Notes under the pieces: model-generated
Databases searched by the model: none
What the model saw: only the letters and a program-made list of their open reading frames with translations
What the model was told of the DNA's origin: nothing
Made by a program: the position numbers and the translations under genes
Shown: positions 17,244 through 26,758 of the stretch, piece after piece
How positions within the stretch are numbered: the first letter of the stretch is position 1
How the letters are laid out: every line of letters begins with the position of its first letter
Assembly (NCBI GenBank): GCA_038063755.1
Contig: JBBTUL010000005.1
Location: forward strand, 1,358 to 45,047
Length of the DNA stretch: 43,690 nucleotides
Reading direction: 5' to 3'
From: Patescibacteria group bacterium
GTDB taxonomy: Bacteria > Patescibacteriota > Minisyncoccia > UBA6257 > 2-01-FULL-56-20

Positions 17244-19388
17244 CTACCCCGCGAGCGCTTTCAAAGAAAGGCCGATTCTTCCGTCGGCATCAACACGCAC
17301 AACTTTTGCGCGAACAAAATCACCCATTTTTACAACCTCGCCAACTTCTTTTACAAATCCGCTCTTAAGTTCGGAAACATGGATCATGCCGTCTCTCCCG
17401 CCGCCCAGGTCAACTATCGCTCCGAAGTCCAAGACCTTAATCACCGCGCCCTCAACGATCTCTCCGATAACAAAGTCGTGCGTAAGCGATTTTATCTCGG
17501 CAAGCGCCGCTTCGGCGGATGCAAGATCGATCGAAGAGACATAAACACGTCCGTCCTCCTCAATGTCGATTCCCGCAAGCGCATATTTTTTAATAAGTCC
17601 GTTTATCATTTTTCCTCCTGGACCAATTACGAGGCCGATCTTATCTGGGTCAATCACGTGCTGCAAAACTGCAGGAGCATATTTTGAAAGCTTCTCTCTC
17701 GGCTTGTCGATAACGGTCTTCATAAATCCGAGGATATGAAGTCTCGCTTCCTTGGCCTGTTCGAGCGTCTCACGGATCATTTTTTCCGTAAGTCCTCCTA
17801 TTTTCACGTCGAGCTGCACCGCGGTTATTCCGTCTTCCGTTCCCGCAACCTTGAAATCCATATCTCCATAATGATCTTCCGGTCCTTGAAGATCGGTGAG
17901 TACCTTGTAGTTTCCGGCCTCATCCGACATAAGCCCCATGGCGATGCCGGCGGCCGTCTTTAACATCGGAACTCCTGCGTCCATGAGCGAAAGCGAACAC
18001 GCGCAGACCGTCGCCATCGACGAAGAACCATTTGAAGAAAGAATTTCTGAAACCACACGAATCGTATACGGAAATTTGTCGACGGAGGGAATGAGCGGGA
18101 GGAACGCCTTCATGGCAAGCGCGCCGTGCCCGATCTCGCGTCTACCGGGACCTCGGAAAGGTCCAACTTCTCCTACGGAAAATGGAGGAAAGTTGTAGTG
18201 AAGCATAAAGCGTCGCTTCGTCGTTTCTTCCATCGTCTCCACGATCTGCTCTGCTCCAGGAGCCGCAAGCGTGGTAACTGCAAGCGCCTGCGTATTCCCT
18301 CGTATGAAAAGCGCTGAACCGTGCGTGCGGTTAAAAAGTCCGATTTCTCCATCAAGCGCGCGAACCTCGCGCAACCCTCTGCCATCAGGACGAAGGTCTT
18401 TTTCGAGTGTGTTTTTGTGCACCAGGGCATCAACCACCTCTTCAAACATATGCTCGACCGCTTGGGGGCCGATCTTTCGTTCCGCATCTTCCTTAAACTT
18501 CTCTTGGAGATGAAGCGCTAGTTCCTCCTTGAGCGCCGCGAGGCGAACTTCGCGCTCAACCTTGTCGAGCTGTTGCGGTTTTTTGTCTGGACGAGAAAGA
18601 TGCGGGTAAACAGCATCTTCAAGTCTCGGTGCGAGAAATTCATCAACAGCCTGCTTCGCAACCGCATCGTCCGTATAAAGCGATGTCTCGATTTTTCTCT
18701 TTCCAATCTTGGCAATTACCTCCTCCTGAAAAGCGATGAGCTTATCTACCTCTTCCTGCGCGCGAACGAACGCCTGAAGCACATCCCCCTCTTGTGCTTC
18801 GCGCCCTGCAAGTTCGATCATGCTGATCTTGCCCTTCGGTCCAGCGGCAAACGTCTCGAATAAGAGTTTTTCGTCTCGAAGCTCTTTGTTCGTTGCTCCA
18901 ACAACCAGCTTGCCTCCGATATTTGCAATACGAACTCCGGCCGCGGGGCCACCCCAGGGAATGTTTGAAGTTCCAAGCGCAAGCGATGCGGCGATAAGTC
19001 CCGGAAAATCCGGATCGTTCTCCTCGTCATAGGAAAGCACCGTTACCACAACCTGGATTTCCCGTCGTATCTTGTGATCAAAAAGAGGACGGATGACACG
19101 ATCAACAATGCGCCCAGAAAGAACTGCGTCTTCGGAAGGACGGCTCTCTCTACGGACAAATCTGCTTCCTAAAATCTTCCCTGCGGCATAAAATCGCTCT
19201 TCGTAATCAACCTTAAGCGGGAGGTAGTCAACGCTTTTATCCGCTCTCGACATAACCGCAGTCCCCAGAACAACCGTATCGCCATACTGCACAAGCACAG
19301 CAGCACTTGCCTGCTCGGCAACCTGAGAAATCTCGACGGAAAGCTCTTTCCCGCCCACCTCTGTTTTAAACGTCTTTTTTTCGCGCAT
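17244..19388 (-). CDS. pnp: Polyribonucleotide nucleotidyltransferase
   Basis: RTHGSALFIRGNTQ, RREIGHG, SNGSSS and GDMDFKVAG, plus KH and S1 domains. Confidence 0.97.
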   Translation of the reverse strand: MREKKTFKTEVGGKELSVEISQVAEQASAAVLVQYGDTVVLGTAVMSRADKSVDYLPLKVDYEERFYAAGKILGSRFVRRESRPSEDAVLSGRIVDRVIRPLFDHKIRREIQVVVTVLSYDEENDPDFPGLIAASLALGTSNIPWGGPAAGVRIANIGGKLVVGATNKELRDEKLLFETFAAGPKGKISMIELAGREAQEGDVLQAFVRAQEEVDKLIAFQEEVIAKIGKRKIETSLYTDDAVAKQAVDEFLAPRLEDAVYPHLSRPDKKPQQLDKVEREVRLAALKEELALHLQEKFKEDAERKIGPQAVEHMFEEVVDALVHKNTLEKDLRPDGRGLREVRALDGEIGLFNRTHGSALFIRGNTQALAVTTLAAPGAEQIVETMEETTKRRFMLHYNFPPFSVGEVGPFRGPGRREIGHGALAMKAFLPLIPSVDKFPYTIRVVSEILSSNGSSSMATVCACSLSLMDAGVPMLKTAAGIAMGLMSDEAGNYKVLTDLQGPEDHYGDMDFKVAGTEDGITAVQLDVKIGGLTEKMIRETLEQAKEARLHILGFMKTVIDKPREKLSKYAPAVLQHVIDPDKIGLVIGPGGKMINGLIKKYALAGIDIEEDGRVYVSSIDLASAEAALAEIKSLTHDFVIGEIVEGAVIKVLDFGAIVDLGGGRDGMIHVSELKSGFVKEVGEVVKMGDFVRAKVVRVDADGRIGLSLKALAG

Positions 19389-19390
19389 AT

Positions 19391-19903
19391 TTATTTTTTT
19401 ATAATACTCCTTGGAATCGACTCGATGCCAACAAAATTGTCTGCCGCTTCTTTCAGTTTCGCGGAGGTGCTCCGATCAAACGCCGCAACCTCAACAAGTC
19501 TTCCTGCGCCCCACTTCAAGTAATCCACAAGGGGAATGAAGTCTCCGTCTCCGGTAACAAGCACGACGACATCCAAAAAGGGTGCCATGCGGATCGCGTC
19601 AACCGCCATGCCGACATCCCAATCTGCTTTTTTCGTCCCGTCGGCATAAATCTGAAGGTCTTTTGTGCGAAGCTCAAGTCCGGCCCCCTCGAGCGCTTCA
19701 AAAAATGACGCCTCTCCCGCGGCGGTGTCGCTTTTTACCACATAGGCAACCGCCCGAATAAGCTGCCTCCCGTCAAGTAAGTGCTTTATAAGCTCTCGGT
19801 AATTCACCCTGCCTCGGTATACGTTCTTTGCGGAGTGATATAGGTTTTGTACGTCGATAAAAATCCCCACGCGCTGGCTGGGGTGACGGCTTGCGTGCTT
19901 CAT
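19391..19903 (-). CDS. NYN domain (LabA/DUF88) nuclease-like protein
   Basis: FIDVQNL, KADWDVGMAVD and TGDGDF. Confidence 0.9.
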   Translation of the reverse strand: MKHASRHPSQRVGIFIDVQNLYHSAKNVYRGRVNYRELIKHLLDGRQLIRAVAYVVKSDTAAGEASFFEALEGAGLELRTKDLQIYADGTKKADWDVGMAVDAIRMAPFLDVVVLVTGDGDFIPLVDYLKWGAGRLVEVAAFDRSTSAKLKEAADNFVGIESIPRSIIKK

Positions 19904-20169
19904 TACTTTTTCAATTCAAGCTTTTTAATGAGTTTTTCGTAATCCATCGGCTCTTTCTTCTTCATATACGCCAAAAGACGTCGGCGATGACCGACCATCT
20001 GCAATAATCCGCGACGAGAGTGATTGTCTTTCGGGTTTTTCTTAAGATGCGAAGCGAGCTCATCAATCTGTCGTGTCGTGACGGCAATCTGCACTCGCGC
20101 CGACCCCGTGTCTTTATCGTGAGCGCGATGCTCCTCAATAACCTTCTTTTTTACACGTTTTGTAAGCAT
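19903..20169 (-). CDS. rpsO: 30S ribosomal protein S15
   Basis: DTGSARVQIA and HLKKNPKDNHSRRGLLQMVGHRRRLL. Confidence 0.97.
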   Translation of the reverse strand: MLTKRVKKKVIEEHRAHDKDTGSARVQIAVTTRQIDELASHLKKNPKDNHSRRGLLQMVGHRRRLLAYMKKKEPMDYEKLIKKLELKK

Positions 20170-20258
20170 TTCCGGTATGATACAGGGAAATCAGTTCTTT
20201 TGCAAGCCCTGAGTCCTGTCGCAAAAGAAAATTGTGCGCTTCGGGGTATACTATATGC

Positions 20259-21143
20259 ATGCTGGAACTTTCCGCGCTTCTCAAGGAATACCTGGACTAT
20301 CTCGAAATCGAGAAAAACCGCTCTCCGCGCACAAGCGAAAACTACGCGCGATATCTCGCCCTATTTCTAAAAGACACCAAGGCAAAGCATCCGAAGGACA
20401 TCACCGACGGCACCGTTCGTGACTTTCGCATAGGACTTGCAAGGAGGGGTCTAAAGAAAATAACGCAAAGCTATTATGTAATTGCACTTCGGAACTTCCT
20501 CAAATATCTTGCGAAGCGCGATATCCCCTCACTCGCCCCCGACAAGATCGAGCTTCCAAAAATAGCAAAACGGCAAATCGACGTCCTCGAATACAAAGAT
20601 CTTGAGCGTCTTCTCGTGTCGCCGACCGGATCGGGTCTCAGAGCCCTGCGCGACCGCGCCGTTCTCGAGGTCTTTTTTTCAACTGGGCTGCGCGTCTCGG
20701 AACTCTGCGCGCTCGACCGTTATATAAACATCGACCAGGGAGAACTTTCTGTCCGCGGAAAGGGCGAAAAGCTCAGAGTTGTCTTTCTTGCGAACAGGAC
20801 AAAGAAGGCGCTTAAAGAATATCTTGAAAAACGAAGCGATACCGATCAGGCGCTTTTTATAAGCATTGATAAGGCGGGAAACGTTTTGGGTCGCATTATC
20901 CCGCGTGCCGTCGAACGCCTCGTTGATGCCGCGGCGAAAAAGGCGGGGCTTCCCAAAAAAATTCATCCCCATGAGCTGCGACACTCTTTCGCAACCGACC
21001 TTCTTATAAACGGCGCCGACATTCGCTCTGTTCAGGAATTATTGGGACATGCAAATATATCGACAACACAAATCTACACACACCTCACGAATAAAGAGCT
21101 TCGGGAAATCCACGAAGCGTTTCATGCAAGAAGAAGGAAGTAG
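20259..21143 (+). CDS. Xer-family tyrosine recombinase (XerC/XerD-like)
   Basis: SAM-like N-terminus, TGLRVSEL, GKGEK, HELRHSFAT and LLGHANISTTQIY. Confidence 0.92.
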   Translation: MLELSALLKEYLDYLEIEKNRSPRTSENYARYLALFLKDTKAKHPKDITDGTVRDFRIGLARRGLKKITQSYYVIALRNFLKYLAKRDIPSLAPDKIELPKIAKRQIDVLEYKDLERLLVSPTGSGLRALRDRAVLEVFFSTGLRVSELCALDRYINIDQGELSVRGKGEKLRVVFLANRTKKALKEYLEKRSDTDQALFISIDKAGNVLGRIIPRAVERLVDAAAKKAGLPKKIHPHELRHSFATDLLINGADIRSVQELLGHANISTTQIYTHLTNKELREIHEAFHARRRK

Positions 21144-21179
21144 GACATATTAAAAACCACGAACGATGTTCGTGGAAGA

Positions 21180-21413
21180 TTACGGAACCAGCTCAAAGAG
21201 ATTTGCGTTCAGCTCTCTTGGCCAAATAGTACCATCAGGTCGCCTGACCGTAAGGAATTGATCCCCCCAAAACCGGCTCGTCCTTACAACCGTAAGTATC
21301 AGCCCCTCTTCAATCGCCTTTCGGACGTTTGCAAAGTGCCCGACGGAACGGTCAAAAAAAGCAGAACCCCTAAAACGGACTTGCTGTTCGACACGAAATT
21401 CCTCTTGCGCCAT
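21180..21413 (-). CDS. Small hypothetical protein (stand-alone cassette)
   Basis: AAGGAG SD, TTGACG-17-TAATCC upstream, and terminator CCACGAAC/GTTCGTGG at ~21156-21175. Confidence 0.7.
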   Translation of the reverse strand: MAQEEFRVEQQVRFRGSAFFDRSVGHFANVRKAIEEGLILTVVRTSRFWGDQFLTVRRPDGTIWPRELNANLFELVP

Positions 21414-21475
21414 GAGAGTTCTCCTTGTCCGGCCCCTTGTGCTGGCCTAAGGATTACATATCGAGGACATATCCG

Positions 21476-23299
21476 TCAACCACGGTACCGCAAGAATGTG
21501 CCGTCTTGCACATCGCACCACGCATACGAATCATTCACGTACCATAGAAGCCTCTTCATATCCTCAAAGCTTCCTTGCGCCCCAAGGACAACTGCGTAAA
21601 CTCTTCCGCTACAGGGCGCCTCTGTTACAACAACCAAATTTTGCCCAGCTCGCGGCGTCTCACCTGTTTTCCCGCCGAGAACACGGAGCGGTACATCCTC
21701 TCGGCCCAAAAGCTTGTTGGTACTCTGAAGCCTTGCGATATAGCTTCCGTTTACGGCGAAAAGACCAAAGTCTTTTTTCGAGGTGATCGCGAGAAGGTCT
21801 GAACGCGTCTCTTGGATGTGTCTCATGAGCTTGTACAGATCGAAAGCAGTCGATTGATTTATTTTATCGCTCCCGATCTCCGGGTCGGTTCCTGAAATAT
21901 TCACAAGGCTTGTTTTTAAAAGCCCCAGAGACTCCGCCTTCTTGTTCATGGCGGCCAGAAACTCGTTCGCTCCAGTCCGAAGCGCAATCGCATTTGCAAT
22001 CTCATTGTGCGATGCAACAAGGAGGGCGTGGAGTGCATTTTCGAAAGAAAGCATGTCGCCTGCGTGATAGATTCCGGAGACTCCTTTGTCGCGAAGTGCT
22101 TGTTCTGAAACAACGATCGTATCTTCGCTTCTGTTTTTTTCAGAAGATACGAGCGCTACCATAAGCTTTGTGATGCTCGCGATCGGGAGTGCCAGCTCTT
22201 TCTCTTTCTCTAGTAGAATCTTCTCGCTTCCTGCGCTGTCCACAAAAACCGCCACAAACGACCCTGCGGAAAGTTGAAGTCCTGGCGATCCCTCCCTAAA
22301 GGAAGGTGTCTCTACAAGATCGAATTTTGATTCATTGTATGCCAGCTTCTCCGCATAAAGCGCTTTTGCCATTTGAACTCCGACAAAACGCCAATGCCAT
22401 GGTTCGTATGAAAATCCAGTCGCTTCTTTTTTTCCGTTCGGAAAACTCATGGTGAAGCCGTATTGATGTGCGTTTTTACGCATCCACCTGCCTCCCTTGC
22501 TATGCGCAAATCGGTCGTCAACACCCGTAAATTTAATAGAAGAATCCGTAAGGTCGACCGTCGTTCCAAGCTGGTGCTCGGAAAGTCCAGGCTTTGCAAT
22601 TTCGTCTATCGCGCTCCCTCCTTCGATGCTCAGCCAAAAATCGTATAAGTGTTTTTGTATCTCCGGTGTCCGATACCCGGACGTAATCATAAGCTCAACG
22701 TCGTCCTTTTTTGCGTCAGAAAACATCCGCTCTATCTGGGGCGCTACATCGGAACGCAAACAGACGACTCCGGCCGTCCGAACCCTCCTTGAAACATCCT
22801 CGAGGGACGGAGGGGTATAGTCGAGGGGCACCGCGAAGGCACTCCCCACCTTCTTCATCATAAAATCTGGATAGACAACCTCCTCTCTTGGGCAAAGACG
22901 AGAAAGAAAGATTTCGTTTATCCTCTCTCGAGTCTCGTCGTCAACAATGCCGCTCTCGACGAGTCCGTATTCTTTCTGAAAGTTCTTGACCGCACCCACG
23001 GTTCTTTCTCCGTAATGTCCGGTTGTTGCTTGTTCAGGATAAATAGCCTTGTCTTCCGAGAGCATCCGCTGCAAGAGAAGGACGTCGCTTCCGCTCTCGC
23101 CGTACGAAAGATTGTTTTTGAGCGAGCCTCTCTGTTGCCACTCCCTAAGCAGTCCCGTCTCTATCTCGATAATCTGAGCGAGTCGATTTTCGCCCCCGTA
23201 GCCTGGCACCTTGCCAGACAAAAAAACAAAAAGGAGGACGGCGCAACCAAAACAAAAAGCGCCCAGAACGAATGATTTTTTATTGTCTAGTCCATTCAT
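21476..23299 (-). CDS. Fusion: peptidoglycan-binding domain + M15B (VanY-type) carboxypeptidase + S11 D-Ala-D-Ala carboxypeptidase
   Basis: DVLLLQRML...TGHYGERTVGAVKNFQ; SGYR, SEHQLGTTVD and EPWHWR; SITK, SHN and KTG. Confidence 0.88.
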   Translation of the reverse strand: MNGLDNKKSFVLGAFCFGCAVLLFVFLSGKVPGYGGENRLAQIIEIETGLLREWQQRGSLKNNLSYGESGSDVLLLQRMLSEDKAIYPEQATTGHYGERTVGAVKNFQKEYGLVESGIVDDETRERINEIFLSRLCPREEVVYPDFMMKKVGSAFAVPLDYTPPSLEDVSRRVRTAGVVCLRSDVAPQIERMFSDAKKDDVELMITSGYRTPEIQKHLYDFWLSIEGGSAIDEIAKPGLSEHQLGTTVDLTDSSIKFTGVDDRFAHSKGGRWMRKNAHQYGFTMSFPNGKKEATGFSYEPWHWRFVGVQMAKALYAEKLAYNESKFDLVETPSFREGSPGLQLSAGSFVAVFVDSAGSEKILLEKEKELALPIASITKLMVALVSSEKNRSEDTIVVSEQALRDKGVSGIYHAGDMLSFENALHALLVASHNEIANAIALRTGANEFLAAMNKKAESLGLLKTSLVNISGTDPEIGSDKINQSTAFDLYKLMRHIQETRSDLLAITSKKDFGLFAVNGSYIARLQSTNKLLGREDVPLRVLGGKTGETPRAGQNLVVVTEAPCSGRVYAVVLGAQGSFEDMKRLLWYVNDSYAWCDVQDGTFLRYRG

Positions 23300-23301
23300 G
23301 G

Positions 23302-24384
23302 TTATTTCGACGAAAACCAAACGTCATTCTTCCACCTCCAATCGGAACCCATACCTCCAAAGATATATATTCTCTCGTTAAAAACAAGTGTTGAGTGGTC
23401 TTCTCTCCCCATCCACGGCGGGTCGCTGTCGGTTTTTTGCCACACAGCCCCGTCCGATGAATACCAAATATCATTCACGTCTCCCAAGATGCCGTCGTTT
23501 AGTCTTCCGACAATCCAAAGCAGACCGTGAAACACAGCGAGCGAATGCCCCTGTCGAGTCTGCCAAGACGGAGAACTCGTAACGAGCTCCCAGACCAAGC
23601 CATCCGCCGAAGACCAAACATCCCCAAATGTGTCTCCGGACAAGTTCATGCCGCCAGCTAGAAATATTTTCCCGTTAAAAATTGCGGTCGCATGATCCCA
23701 CCGCGGAAACCACGGAATTGTCGCCGTTGCCTTGCTCCACAAAAGCCCGTCTTCGGAGTACCAAACATCGTTTTGTACTTTCCGCTCGTCGTAATTTACT
23801 CCGCCGAAAAACCACAGCTTCCCCTGGAACACCTCCGCAGACTGTCCCTCTCTCGCCGGCCAAGGAGCATCCACAACAACTTTTTTCCAAAAAGCTCCGT
23901 CGTCGGACTGCCATACGTCGCTCGTGTAACCCGTGATCGGACTCCATCCACCGAACATCCAAAGCTTGTCCTTAAACGGAATCACGGACATTGATCGCCG
24001 CACAGGCCACTCCGCATGTTCTTTTGCGATATTCCAACTTAAACCGTCCTCCGAATACCAAATGTCGTTGAAATGCGGAGCCTCCCAGTAGCGAACGACG
24101 TGATTTTCAAGGAGAACCTCGCCGCCGTCTAGCCCGCCCATAGTCCACATTTTATTTTTAAAAACCGCGCTTGCGGCAGAATCTCTCGGGCGCCACCTAA
24201 AAGAAGATGTCGCTTCCTCCCAAGATAAAAGATTTGGCTGAAAACCAGTAATTTGTTTTTCCGGTTCGTTCTCTACCTTCGGGGCCTCTGTCTCTTGGGG
24301 TGGCGAATATAAGAACAGGGAAAGCGCGACGATTGCGACAAGAAAGACGAACCAAAAGAATGATGAATACTTGAGATTTTTCAT
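23302..24384 (-). CDS. Membrane-anchored Kelch-like beta-propeller protein
   Basis: Repeated F.GK(L/I)W..GG...NDVWYS.DG..W units after an N-terminal TM. Confidence 0.85.
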   Translation of the reverse strand: MKNLKYSSFFWFVFLVAIVALSLFLYSPPQETEAPKVENEPEKQITGFQPNLLSWEEATSSFRWRPRDSAASAVFKNKMWTMGGLDGGEVLLENHVVRYWEAPHFNDIWYSEDGLSWNIAKEHAEWPVRRSMSVIPFKDKLWMFGGWSPITGYTSDVWQSDDGAFWKKVVVDAPWPAREGQSAEVFQGKLWFFGGVNYDERKVQNDVWYSEDGLLWSKATATIPWFPRWDHATAIFNGKIFLAGGMNLSGDTFGDVWSSADGLVWELVTSSPSWQTRQGHSLAVFHGLLWIVGRLNDGILGDVNDIWYSSDGAVWQKTDSDPPWMGREDHSTLVFNERIYIFGGMGSDWRWKNDVWFSSK

Positions 24385-24423
24385 TTCAATTTTCTTTCTG
24401 CGAAGGCACTCTTCGATGGAATG

Positions 24424-24468
24424 TGCTCCTGAGAGCCCGCCTATCGGCAGGCAGGGATTCGAACCTCA
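24424..24468 (-). pseudogene. tRNA 3' fragment (T-arm + acceptor strand) interrupted by a palindromic insert
   Basis: TGAGGTTCGAATCC-[CTGCCTGCCGATAGGCGGGC]-TCTCAGGAGCAC. Confidence 0.55.
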
Positions 24469-24481
24469 AGATCAATCCCGG

Positions 24482-24562
24482 TGGGCAGGGCGGGAGTCGA
24501 ACCCGCATGCCTTGCGGCGCTAGCTCCTAAAGCTAGTGCGTCTGCCATTTCGCCACCTGCCC
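24482..24562 (-). tRNA. tRNA-Leu(TAG)
   Basis: Full cloverleaf with long variable arm; anticodon loop TTTAGGA; T-loop TTCGACT; no encoded CCA. Confidence 0.95.
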
Positions 24563-24630
24563 GCCCTCTCACCGCGAAAACGAGAGTGCGTATTCGCTCA
24601 TGGAAATAGTAAACCGATATAGAAAAAACG

Positions 24631-24667
24631 AAAAGCGCTCTTTCGACCCAAGTCGGAAGAGCGCTTC
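24631..24667 (-). terminator. Terminator of the pilin cluster
   Basis: AAGCGCTCTT.CGAC...GTCG.AAGAGCGCTT long hairpin with U-tract. Confidence 0.75.
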
Positions 24668-24687
24668 TTCTAGAAACATCCTTGAGC

Positions 24688-25059
24688 TTACTGAAACCCT
24701 CCCGGCTGCGAAATGACACAACCTGGGATAAAGCTGCAGACAAGCCTCGGAACGCCTCGTGCCAATATCGCGATCACAACGGCGATTGCCGCATACATGA
24801 TCTGATGATTCGCAATTTTTGTCTTTTCTGGATCTCCTCCGGCCGTAAGATACTTAAAGGCTGCGAGAATCACGAAGATAACCGCAAGCACAATAAGAAG
24901 CGCGAACAAGAAGTTCACGACGGTCTTCATGAGACCAAAGAAGTCGTTTGTGTTTGTTACAATGTCCGGCGCTGGGGGAAGATTTCCCTGAGCAAGCACA
25001 AGTGCCGGCAGAACCAACACGGCAAGCTCTGCCACCGTTCGAAGAGTATTTTTAGTCAT
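24688..25059 (-). CDS. VirB2/TrbC-like pilin
   Basis: Signal peptide and two TMs around FKYLTAGGDPEK. Confidence 0.8.
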   Translation of the reverse strand: MTKNTLRTVAELAVLVLPALVLAQGNLPPAPDIVTNTNDFFGLMKTVVNFLFALLIVLAVIFVILAAFKYLTAGGDPEKTKIANHQIMYAAIAVVIAILARGVPRLVCSFIPGCVISQPGGFQ

Positions 25060-25153
25060 GATTTCTAATACAAATGACCAACCATTCTCGACCTTTCAAC
25101 TATTACAGTATACCACAAAGCTGCAGGAAAAACCAGGATCCTTTGAAAAGCCA

Positions 25154-25516
25154 TTATTTTCCCGGAAATCCAGTAACCAGATCCCGCACCAGCTGCGGAA
25201 GTCCTTGAGCAAGCATGCCAACCGCAAGCGCAATAACGGCATACAGGATCTGCCGATTCGCTTCTTTCATTTTTTCCGGGTCTCCCGAGGCGGTTAAGTA
25301 TTTATACCCCGCAAAAAGAACGAAAAAGATGGCGACAACCGTAAGCAACCAAAAGATTAACCGAAAAACTCCGTCGGCGGTCCGCTTTAGGCCCTCTTCG
25401 CTATTTATGGGTGCCGCCGGCGCGTCAGAGAGCCCAATCGCCCCCACCATAAACGGAACCAAAAAAACTAAAAGAAGTGCCGTGATGCCCAACAACTGAT
25501 ATATATTTTTTTTCAT
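25154..25516 (-). CDS. VirB2/TrbC-like pilin
   Basis: GYKYLTASGDPEKMKEANRQI between two TMs. Confidence 0.8.
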   Translation of the reverse strand: MKKNIYQLLGITALLLVFLVPFMVGAIGLSDAPAAPINSEEGLKRTADGVFRLIFWLLTVVAIFFVLFAGYKYLTASGDPEKMKEANRQILYAVIALAVGMLAQGLPQLVRDLVTGFPGK

Positions 25517-25540
25517 ATATTTCCCTTGATAGACGACCTT

Positions 25541-25894
25541 TTAAGATAAAACGTCCTGGATAAGCGCGGGAACTCCCTTCGCGATGAGTGCTATCGCAAT
25601 CGCGATAGCTGAAAAAAGAAGCTGGCGGTTTGCTTGCTTCATCTTCTCTGGATCGCCCGACGCGGTCAGGTATTTAAATCCGGCAAAGAGAACAAGAAAA
25701 ATGGCGACAACGGTAAGAAGCCAAAACGCTAGGCCGAAAATCTTGTCCATCGCCCCCTCAAGGTCTTCAACGGTTTTAATGGGCGACGTGGGGGGCTTCT
25801 CTATCGCAAATGTCATAGCGGGCAGAAGGAATAAGACGATGATAAGCGCCGTTACCCACTTAAGCGTTGCCGTTTTGTACAGATGATTTTGCAT
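25541..25894 (-). CDS. VirB2/TrbC-like pilin
   Basis: GFKYLTASGDPEKMKQANRQL; close paralog of 25154-25516. Confidence 0.8.
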   Translation of the reverse strand: MQNHLYKTATLKWVTALIIVLFLLPAMTFAIEKPPTSPIKTVEDLEGAMDKIFGLAFWLLTVVAIFLVLFAGFKYLTASGDPEKMKQANRQLLFSAIAIAIALIAKGVPALIQDVLS

Positions 25895-25908
25895 AAATAT
25901 ATAGTACG

Positions 25909-26220
25909 CTATTCAAACACGCTTCGCACGAAATCCACTATCCCGCTTGCGAGATAGGCAACAAGGAATCCGATCACCGTCCACCAAATGGTCTGTTTTC
26001 CGTTTTTGAGTTTTTCGGGATCCCCTGCGGCGGTAAGAAGCTGAAAACCGCCCCAGAGTATCATGAGCGGGGCGACAATAAGGGCGATCCAGTAAACGCC
26101 GCCAATAAGCTTGTCGGCAACGCATCCCAAGTCTTCGCATGGAATGACCTTCGGAATACCGAATTTAACCTCTTCAGATGCAAGCGCTTTTTTCACCATC
26201 AGGAAAAGCGGATTTCCCAT
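25909..26220 (-). CDS. VirB2/TrbC-like pilin (start uncertain)
   Basis: GGFQLLTAAGDPEKLKNGKQTI between two TMs. Confidence 0.78.
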   Translation of the reverse strand: MGNPLFLMVKKALASEEVKFGIPKVIPCEDLGCVADKLIGGVYWIALIVAPLMILWGGFQLLTAAGDPEKLKNGKQTIWWTVIGFLVAYLASGIVDFVRSVFE

Positions 26221-26224
26221 CTCT

Positions 26225-26758
26225 TTATCGTACCAAAACGGCACAGAAACTCAACGGAAAGCCTCGCCCCGAAAGCGGGTTCGCCGAATCGTACTGAATA
26301 CCCAAAACTACGTCTAGCCGGCAAGCGTCTTTCTGAGATATCTCCAAAAGCTCTAGCAACCTGACTTCTGCTTCTTTCCGAGTCTCGTCAAACGATCCTC
26401 CGATTATGGCGATCCAAAACCCGCTGAGGAGCGTGTCGTAAGCAATAAAATATTTTTCGTCTCGATAGAAAACAAAGCCTCCGCTTTCATCAAGCTCAAC
26501 CTTCTCCGGATAGAAGTTTTTTGTTCGCACCGATCCGTCAGCGGTGCCTATCTCGATCGTTTCGCCTTCTGGCCGAAATGACAGCGCTCCGTCAGCGCGC
26601 AAAACCTTTTCCTGCGGCAACTGGGATGGCAGTATTTTTTGAAGAAGAGACTCTTCACCTTCGCTTCCGCTCGAAAGGAGGGTAAATACTGCGATCGCGC
26701 CCGCGATGAGAAAAAGCACGATACCCGCAAAAAGAATTGTTTTTCGTATATTTAGCAT
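26225..26758 (-). CDS. Hypothetical membrane-anchored protein within the pilin cluster
   Basis: 177 aa, N-terminal TM, C-terminal Cys pair; overlaps the stop of the upstream gene. Confidence 0.75.
   Translation of the reverse strand: MLNIRKTILFAGIVLFLIAGAIAVFTLLSSGSEGEESLLQKILPSQLPQEKVLRADGALSFRPEGETIEIGTADGSVRTKNFYPEKVELDESGGFVFYRDEKYFIAYDTLLSGFWIAIIGGSFDETRKEAEVRLLELLEISQKDACRLDVVLGIQYDSANPLSGRGFPLSFCAVLVR

Noticed and set aside
19391-19903. NYN nuclease between rpsO and pnp as a novel system
   Set aside because: As far as I recall this arrangement is common in Parcubacteria-type genomes, and nothing here indicates novelty.
20259-21143. Xer recombinase as a prophage or integron integrase
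   Set aside because: It looks like a chromosomal XerC/D next to rpsO, with no integron-integrase insertion, attC sites or phage genes.
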